Below are positions 58,276-64,000 of a stretch of DNA of 64,000 bases, piece after piece. The DNA comes from Fibrobacteria bacterium. Its GTDB lineage: Bacteria; Fibrobacterota; Fibrobacteria; UBA11236; JADFYW01. Location of the stretch: the NCBI GenBank assembly GCA_050294405.1, contig JBNKOC010000012.1, positions 640,001 to 704,000 on the forward strand, read 5' to 3'. The notes beneath the pieces are model-generated. The model was given only the letters and a program-made list of their open reading frames with translations, did no database searches and was not told where the DNA came from. Within the stretch, counting starts at the first letter, position 1, and every line of letters starts with the position of its first letter. The translations under genes and the position numbers were made by a program.

Positions 58276-61065
58276 ATGCTAAAAATTTTACTTTTTTCAG
58301 ATATTTCACGGCTCTTGGGTCTTTTTTATTTGGTCATTTCGTTGTGCGGGGTCTCTTTGGCTGCAGATCAACAGCTGGCGAACTGGAATGGGGATAGCAA
58401 AACCTTGTTGGATAGCGGGTTTTCCAAAATGAATATTCCCATTTCTCAATTCAATTTACCCGAAAATTATTTGCCTAAAGATTCCACCCGTTTTTCTAAA
58501 ATCTCCTCTGGATTTAAGCAGCCCTTAGGTCTTTTTAAACCTATTGGCGAATTTACATCTGCCCTATCGGACTCTCAAAGCCGAGTCTCCAAAATGGCAG
58601 ATTTAATGGAGCCGCATATAAAGAACAATTTTAAATACTCCCAATTTGAAAAAGAATTGTTGTCGGCCTCCCAGCTGAAAAAAATGGTGCAGAATACCCG
58701 TTCTGCTTTGGAAAAATTTAAGCTTCCTGAAAATACCAAAGAAGAATTGGAAAAATGGCTTTCAAAAATTTTGGCCAGCTGCTTGTTTGTGGAAAATTGG
58801 CGGGGTGGTTTTGAAATCGAAGATTTGAAAGTATTGCGGGGTAAATCCGACAGTTTGCTTTTGGACCCGCCTGATTTAGGAGAGCTTGATGTTTATGAGT
58901 TAAAAAAAAAGGAAGTGGAAAGCTATGAGGATGCCATGTCCTTTTTTGAAATTGTAAATCGTTGGAAACACAAATCATTGGCGGACTTAGCTATGTACTG
59001 GGAATTGGAGCTTCCCAAGCTTAAGCTGTGGCTAAATGGGGTGGAATCCCAAAACATTTGGCTAGATTCCATCCAGGAAATTAAAAGCCCCTGGGGCCCA
59101 ATTATTTTAGGAACAGCAAAAAAGGATTATTACAACCGCAACGCCCTTGCTATTTTGGACCCAGGAGGGGATGATGTTTATCAACTCCCCAACCTTTCCA
59201 AGCAAGAGGCTTATTTGTTTCCTTTCCGATTAATTCTGGATGTTAGGGGAAATGATGTGTACGGGGCTGGAGATTATTCCTTAGCGGGTAGCTTTTTTGG
59301 TTTCAGCGCCCTCTGGGATGGGGCAGGAGAGGATATGTATCAGGCGGGACAGTTTAGTCTGTCCTCATCCCTCTGGGGAAGCTCTTTGTTTGTGGATGAG
59401 ACAGGAAATGATGTTTATAACTCCAAAAGCAATGGTCAGGCCAGTGCTGCCTTTGGTATTAGCCTTTTTCAGGATAGGGAAGGAAATGATTTGTACCAAT
59501 GCGAAGGCCAGTGCCAGGGTTTCGGGTTTACCCTGGGTTTTGCCCTGCTAGAGGATTACGCAGGCCATGATAAATACATAACTTCAAGTCCCGTGCAGGA
59601 TGTTTTGCGATACGACTCCCACTTCGTGAGTTTTAGCCAGGGCGCAGGTCTGGGCTACCGTCCTATCGCCTCAGGGGGCTATGGCTGGCTAATGGACTAT
59701 GCGGGGAACGATATATATGTATCGGATATATTTGGCCAGGGAGTGGGCTATTGGTATTCCCAAGGCGTTCTCTACGATGGAGCGGGCAGGGATAGCTATC
59801 AGGCCCATCAGTATGCCCAGGGCGCCGGGGTGCATCTGGCCTTTGGAATCTTATGGGATAAATCTGGAAATGACAAATACCAATCCCACGGTGTGGGCCA
59901 GGGCTGCGGCCACGATTTGGCTTTTGGCGCTCTTTTAGATGAGGCTGGAGATGATAATTACAATGCCTACGGACTTTCCATGGGTGGAGGGAATGCCAAT
60001 GGGCTTTCGTTGTTTGTGGACACAAAAGGCGATGACAGTTATAGCCTTCGTACGGAATATAACAGTTGGGGCTATTCGGACTGGCGGCGGGATATGGCTA
60101 TGTTAGGGGTTTTTCTGGATGGGGAGGGAACAGATATATACGGCAAAGTCCAGGAAAGCCAGCAGAATAAAAACAGTTTCAAATCAAGCTGGGGTTTTTT
60201 TGGAGATCTGGATTTAGAGTTTGAGGCTCTAAAAACTCCCGACGCCGTGCAGCAACAAGATTTTATTTTGGCCACAAGCCCCGAAAGCCTGTTTATACAA
60301 GCTTCCACAGCTCCGGAAAAATTTCAGTTAATGGTGGGCCCCGCCCGTAAGGCATTGGTCGCTAAAAGAAAAAATGTGATTTCATTTCTAAAAAGTAAAA
60401 CGGGAAGTGTTTTTCCAAGGGAACAACATGCCTTAAGAGACATTGTGGATAGTCTGTACCTTTTGGAAAAAAGCGCCATTGATACATGGCTTCGGGATAG
60501 TTTGAAAAGCGGCGACAGGGTTAGCCGGTTAATGAGCGCGGAACTTTGCGGTAGGGTAAAATCAAAGAGTTGCCAAAAAGGTCTTTTGGCCTTGTTGCAA
60601 GACAGCAATTGGACTTTCAGACAAGCTGCTCTCTGGAATTTGGGAAAATTACAAGAGCCCAAATTAAAAAAACATTTCTTAAAACATATAAAGGATAAAA
60701 ACCCTGTTGTTCAGGCAAGGGCCGCTTTTGCACTTGGCCTGCTTCATTCTAAAATTTCGCTAGGAGAACTTAAATCCCTTTTTTCTTATTCTCATTATTT
60801 AGTGCAAACAGGGTTTAGGCAAGGTGTGCTTAAATCAGAGAAAAAAGTTTCCGTTTCAAAGTTTTGGAAATGCTGGAAAAAATTAAAGAAAGGGCCGCGA
60901 AAAAATGCTCTGGCCTTTTTGGGGCTTTTGAAACCTTCCGAACTGTTGGCGCAAAATATTAGCCTTCAATCTCTAAATTTAGATTCTGAGGAAAAGGCCT
61001 ATTTACTGGCGGTCTTGGGGGAAGATAAAAACTGGTTGCCATTTTTAAAAAGCAGCCCAGAATAA
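58276..61065 (+). CDS. Large exported protein with about 12 DxxGxDxY repeats and C-terminal HEAT-like repeats
   Basis: Signal peptide; repeats from LDPGGDDVY to LDGEGTDIY; RQAALWNLG, QARAAFALG. Confidence 0.75.
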   Translation: MLKILLFSDISRLLGLFYLVISLCGVSLAADQQLANWNGDSKTLLDSGFSKMNIPISQFNLPENYLPKDSTRFSKISSGFKQPLGLFKPIGEFTSALSDSQSRVSKMADLMEPHIKNNFKYSQFEKELLSASQLKKMVQNTRSALEKFKLPENTKEELEKWLSKILASCLFVENWRGGFEIEDLKVLRGKSDSLLLDPPDLGELDVYELKKKEVESYEDAMSFFEIVNRWKHKSLADLAMYWELELPKLKLWLNGVESQNIWLDSIQEIKSPWGPIILGTAKKDYYNRNALAILDPGGDDVYQLPNLSKQEAYLFPFRLILDVRGNDVYGAGDYSLAGSFFGFSALWDGAGEDMYQAGQFSLSSSLWGSSLFVDETGNDVYNSKSNGQASAAFGISLFQDREGNDLYQCEGQCQGFGFTLGFALLEDYAGHDKYITSSPVQDVLRYDSHFVSFSQGAGLGYRPIASGGYGWLMDYAGNDIYVSDIFGQGVGYWYSQGVLYDGAGRDSYQAHQYAQGAGVHLAFGILWDKSGNDKYQSHGVGQGCGHDLAFGALLDEAGDDNYNAYGLSMGGGNANGLSLFVDTKGDDSYSLRTEYNSWGYSDWRRDMAMLGVFLDGEGTDIYGKVQESQQNKNSFKSSWGFFGDLDLEFEALKTPDAVQQQDFILATSPESLFIQASTAPEKFQLMVGPARKALVAKRKNVISFLKSKTGSVFPREQHALRDIVDSLYLLEKSAIDTWLRDSLKSGDRVSRLMSAELCGRVKSKSCQKGLLALLQDSNWTFRQAALWNLGKLQEPKLKKHFLKHIKDKNPVVQARAAFALGLLHSKISLGELKSLFSYSHYLVQTGFRQGVLKSEKKVSVSKFWKCWKKLKKGPRKNALAFLGLLKPSELLAQNISLQSLNLDSEEKAYLLAVLGEDKNWLPFLKSSPE

Positions 61066-61149
61066 TAATTACAGCCTTCATGGGGATTAAGCTGGCTGAA
61101 TGGCTCTTTTTGTGCTAAAATAGAAGAGTAGTTTTTAGCGGGTAGACAT

Positions 61150-61548
61150 TTGTCAGAGCAAATATTGATAGTGGAGGATGATCCTGTAACCTCCAAATGG
61201 CTCAAAAGCACCGTGGAACAAGATGGGTTTCAAGGCTTGCAGGCTGAAAATGGAAAGCAGGGTATTCAAACATTTAAGGACAATCCCGAAATTCGTTTAA
61301 TTTTTTGCGATTATAAAATGCCCGTTCTGGATGGAAAGGGGTTTATGAAAAAGCTACATAAATTAATGGGCAAGAACCCCGTACCAGTGATTCTGATTTC
61401 CGGGGAAATGAGTTTTAAAGAATACAATTACCTGTTAAAATACGGGGCCAAGGGGTTTATGGAAAAGCCTTTGTTTGCTTCTGATATTCAAAATATACTC
61501 AATCAATTTCTTCGGGCTCCAATATCCGAAGAATCTGTTGCGAGTTAA
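61150..61548 (+). CDS. Single-domain response regulator (CheY-like)
   Basis: ILIVEDD, CDYKMPVLDG, ISG, EKP. Confidence 0.92.
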   Translation: MSEQILIVEDDPVTSKWLKSTVEQDGFQGLQAENGKQGIQTFKDNPEIRLIFCDYKMPVLDGKGFMKKLHKLMGKNPVPVILISGEMSFKEYNYLLKYGAKGFMEKPLFASDIQNILNQFLRAPISEESVAS

Positions 61549-61622
61549 TGCTTCCCTCAAAATTTGTGAAATGAATCCTCTTCAATTTGCAGAGGTTTTT
61601 TATAAATTGTGGGCACTAACCT

Positions 61623-63215
61623 TTGAGCGAAGTGAAAACCGGAAAACACAAACCTATTGTATGTATTGGAGGCTCCTACCTTGATGTAGAGGGTATTCGC
61701 GCGCTTATAGCCCAAATACCGGGCTACTCAGAAGACTCCCTTTTTCCCATTTCTTCTCTCGCTGAAATTGGCAAGCTTCCCCAGGTAAAAGGGCTCGGCT
61801 ATTGCGTTTTGTTGGAAGGAAATAAGGGGCCCAGTTTAAAAAGGAGTTATATCAAGGAATGCTTTGAATTGTTTGAGGGTATTCCCGTTTTAGGAGTCCA
61901 CTTGTTGCCGGTGGAAAATCCGGTTAATCTGGATATGATGGAAGAGGGAGTGTACGATTGTGTGCCTCTAAAAATGCTTAACCCTAAATCGCTGGAATAT
62001 ATTTTAAAAAATCTGCAAAGCCGGCATTTGCTCCATCAATATTTGCGGGAAAAGGTAGAACAGTTGCGAAAAGTTCAACGCATGGATATGTTAGGACGTT
62101 TGGGTGCAGGCATTGCGCACGACTTGAATAATGTACTGGAAGTAGTAGAAGGAAATGCCACGCTATTATCTAAGCAACTTGGAAAATCTTCGGAGCATTA
62201 TCGCTATGTAAATGAAATATCAAAGGCTTGTAGCGAGGCGTCCAGCTTGTCCAGCCAATTGTCGGCCTATTCTAAAAATAAGCGGCCTTTACCCCAGGTT
62301 TTGGATTTAAAATCTGTTTTGACTGAATTGCATGGGTTATTGCAAAGGCTGGCAGGGGCTAAAGTAAAAGTGGATTTTAAATCAGACTTAAAAGTTTTGC
62401 CTGTGCAAATTGACAGATCTCAATTTGGTCAAATTGCCATGAACCTGGTGGTTAACTCCAGGGATGCTTGTGAACAAAATGGCTCCATTAAAATAAGGCT
62501 GGAAAACAGCTATGTTAATAAAAAATACGCGGAAAAATATCATTTTATGCGCCCCGGCGATTATGTGCTTTTGAGTTTTGAAGATAACGGAAAAGGCATG
62601 GATGAAAAAACTTTATCCAGAATCTTTGAGCCATTTTTTACCACTAAAGAACAGGGAAAAGGAACAGGACTTGGTCTTTCCACGGTTTATGGCATTGTAA
62701 AGCAGTATGGAGGCTACATTATTGCTCAAAGCAAGCCAGGAAAGGGCACGCTGTTTAAGATTTATTTTCCCGGCTCACTCCAGGCAGCCCTGGATTCAAA
62801 CGATGACGATGAGGAGACATCTTTTTTGCAGGCAATGGGACAACAACAGGAAAAAACAGTATTGCTGGTGGAAGATGAAGAGTCTATCCGCTCCTTATTA
62901 AAAGATACATTGGAATTTGAAGGCTACCATGTGCTGGAGGCATCTGGCGGAGATGAAGCTATTGAAAACTTATCTAAATTCAAAGGCGAATTAGATATGT
63001 TAATTAGTGATGTATACCTGGATAATACCAGCGGCCCTGAGTTAGCGGCAAAGTTACTGGAAGAAAAGCCCCAATTAAAAATTCTATACATGAGCGGATT
63101 TGTGCGGGACATGGAAATTTTAAGGAGCAGCAATCAGGAAGGTTATTCCTTTATTCAAAAACCTTTTCCTCTGAAAGAGTTCTCTAAAAAAGTCGCCTCC
63201 ATTTTGAATTCTTAA
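61623..63215 (+). CDS. Hybrid histidine kinase (degenerate N-terminal REC, HisKA, HATPase, REC)
   Basis: [36 protein letters not shown]-terminal LLVEDE..SD..KP. Confidence 0.93.
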   Translation: MSEVKTGKHKPIVCIGGSYLDVEGIRALIAQIPGYSEDSLFPISSLAEIGKLPQVKGLGYCVLLEGNKGPSLKRSYIKECFELFEGIPVLGVHLLPVENPVNLDMMEEGVYDCVPLKMLNPKSLEYILKNLQSRHLLHQYLREKVEQLRKVQRMDMLGRLGAGIAHDLNNVLEVVEGNATLLSKQLGKSSEHYRYVNEISKACSEASSLSSQLSAYSKNKRPLPQVLDLKSVLTELHGLLQRLAGAKVKVDFKSDLKVLPVQIDRSQFGQIAMNLVVNSRDACEQNGSIKIRLENSYVNKKYAEKYHFMRPGDYVLLSFEDNGKGMDEKTLSRIFEPFFTTKEQGKGTGLGLSTVYGIVKQYGGYIIAQSKPGKGTLFKIYFPGSLQAALDSNDDDEETSFLQAMGQQQEKTVLLVEDEESIRSLLKDTLEFEGYHVLEASGGDEAIENLSKFKGELDMLISDVYLDNTSGPELAAKLLEEKPQLKILYMSGFVRDMEILRSSNQEGYSFIQKPFPLKEFSKKVASILNS

Positions 63216-63279
63216 CTTTTCAAAATGAATTTAGGGCTTTTGACAATCAGCCTCTGAAATTTTTATTGTACGCCACTTA

Positions 63280-63296
63280 TTGTCAATAATTGACAA
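63280..63296. promoter_or_regulatory. Palindromic putative activator site upstream of glnA
   Basis: TTGTCAAT-A-ATTGACAA, about 70 bp upstream of the sigma54 promoter. Confidence 0.55.
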
Positions 63297-63364
63297 AACA
63301 AGATGTTTTTTGGATAGATTGAAAGAAAAACCTCTTTTACTTTCCAATCTGTCAATAGGAGCGA

Positions 63365-63380
63365 TGGCATACGAATTGCA
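63365..63380 (+). promoter_or_regulatory. sigma54 promoter of glnA
   Basis: TGGCATACGAATTGCA, near consensus TGGCAC-N5-TTGCA. Confidence 0.85.
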
Positions 63381-63530
63381 TACTTTGCAGCTGAAGACCA
63401 GATTTGGGATGGCTGTTTTGTGCCTAAAATAGCTTCCACAATTCCCGGTTTATACAGTTAATACCCTTTGAGGAGAAAACTTTTTTACTAAAATTTAATT
63501 TCACTTTTACCCTAAAGAGAGGATGCATCC

Positions 63531-64000
63531 ATGACACCTGCAGACGTAATGCAAATGATAAAGGATAACAAAATTCAATTTGTTGACTTTCAGTTTGGCG
63601 ATTTGTTCGGGACTTTGAACCACTTTACCATTCCCGCCGCAACTTTGTCTCAAGAAGACCTGGAAAACGGTAAACCCTTTGACGGCTCTTCCATTCGCGC
63701 CTGGAAAAGCATTGATAAGTCGGATATGCTTATTTTGCCCGATTGCACTACAGCTTATCTGGATCCATTCCGTAAATACCCTACACTCTGCATTATGGGT
63801 AACATTTTAGAACCCCGAACTGGTGAATTGTACGACTTGGCTCCCAGAAACATCGCTCAAAAAGCCCTTAATTATCTTAAAGCGCAGGGTATTGGGGATG
63901 AAGTATTTTTCGGACCTGAACCTGAATTTTTCATTTTTGATTCTATTAGCTACTTGTCCACACCTAATGCTTCTTTTTACGAAATTAGCTCTTCAGAAGG
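63531..64000 (+). CDS. glnA: Glutamine synthetase type I (3'-truncated by window edge)
   Basis: Hand translation MTPADVMQMIKDNKIQFVDFQFGDLFG..FDGSSIRAWKSIDKSDM..FGPEPEFFIFD; SD gagagg. Confidence 0.96.
   Translation, partial: MTPADVMQMIKDNKIQFVDFQFGDLFGTLNHFTIPAATLSQEDLENGKPFDGSSIRAWKSIDKSDMLILPDCTTAYLDPFRKYPTLCIMGNILEPRTGELYDLAPRNIAQKALNYLKAQGIGDEVFFGPEPEFFIFDSISYLSTPNASFYEISSSE

Noticed and set aside
63381..63530. glnA glutamine riboswitch
   Set aside because: I could not find the conserved elements of that motif by eye; needs an Rfam scan

Overview
A 64-kb, AT-rich stretch of a bacterial chromosome, mostly housekeeping and signalling genes, with no CRISPR array, rRNA, prophage or transposase. 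PorV-like barrels, an FlgD-Ig/T9SS-like C-terminal domain, a bS22-type ribosomal protein, NQR and the futalosine pathway suggest an FCB-group organism, possibly Fibrobacterota (inference). Housekeeping content: nqrA-F, murA, an orphan Wzc-type tyrosine kinase, xerD, tRNA-Lys(CTT), manC, uppP, mqnB-mqnD, recD2, a murC/mpl-like ligase, lolA, rsgA, gmhB and the 5' end of glnA. Motility and signalling content: a sigma28-driven flgM-like gene, a sigma54-driven flgFGAHI operon, a GAF-GGDEF cyclase, two tandem multi-PAS/GAF/PP2C phosphatases with STAS proteins nearby, and a two-component pair. The best candidate for an undescribed system lies right after flgI: a periplasmic heme-c (CxxCH) HD-GYP phosphodiesterase followed by a chemoreceptor with almost no sensor domain and a C-terminal tandem MshEN-type c-di-GMP-binding motif. 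Other observations: a 31-aa bS22-like gene missing from the ORF track, an orphan promoter with a structured sRNA candidate, modular palindromic MITE-like elements whose ends supply stop codons, a Chlamydia/Actinobacteria-type MurA, Ser at the NqrB flavinylation site, and a recurring leaderless-type promoter layout. All calls come from reading motifs by eye; no searches were run.
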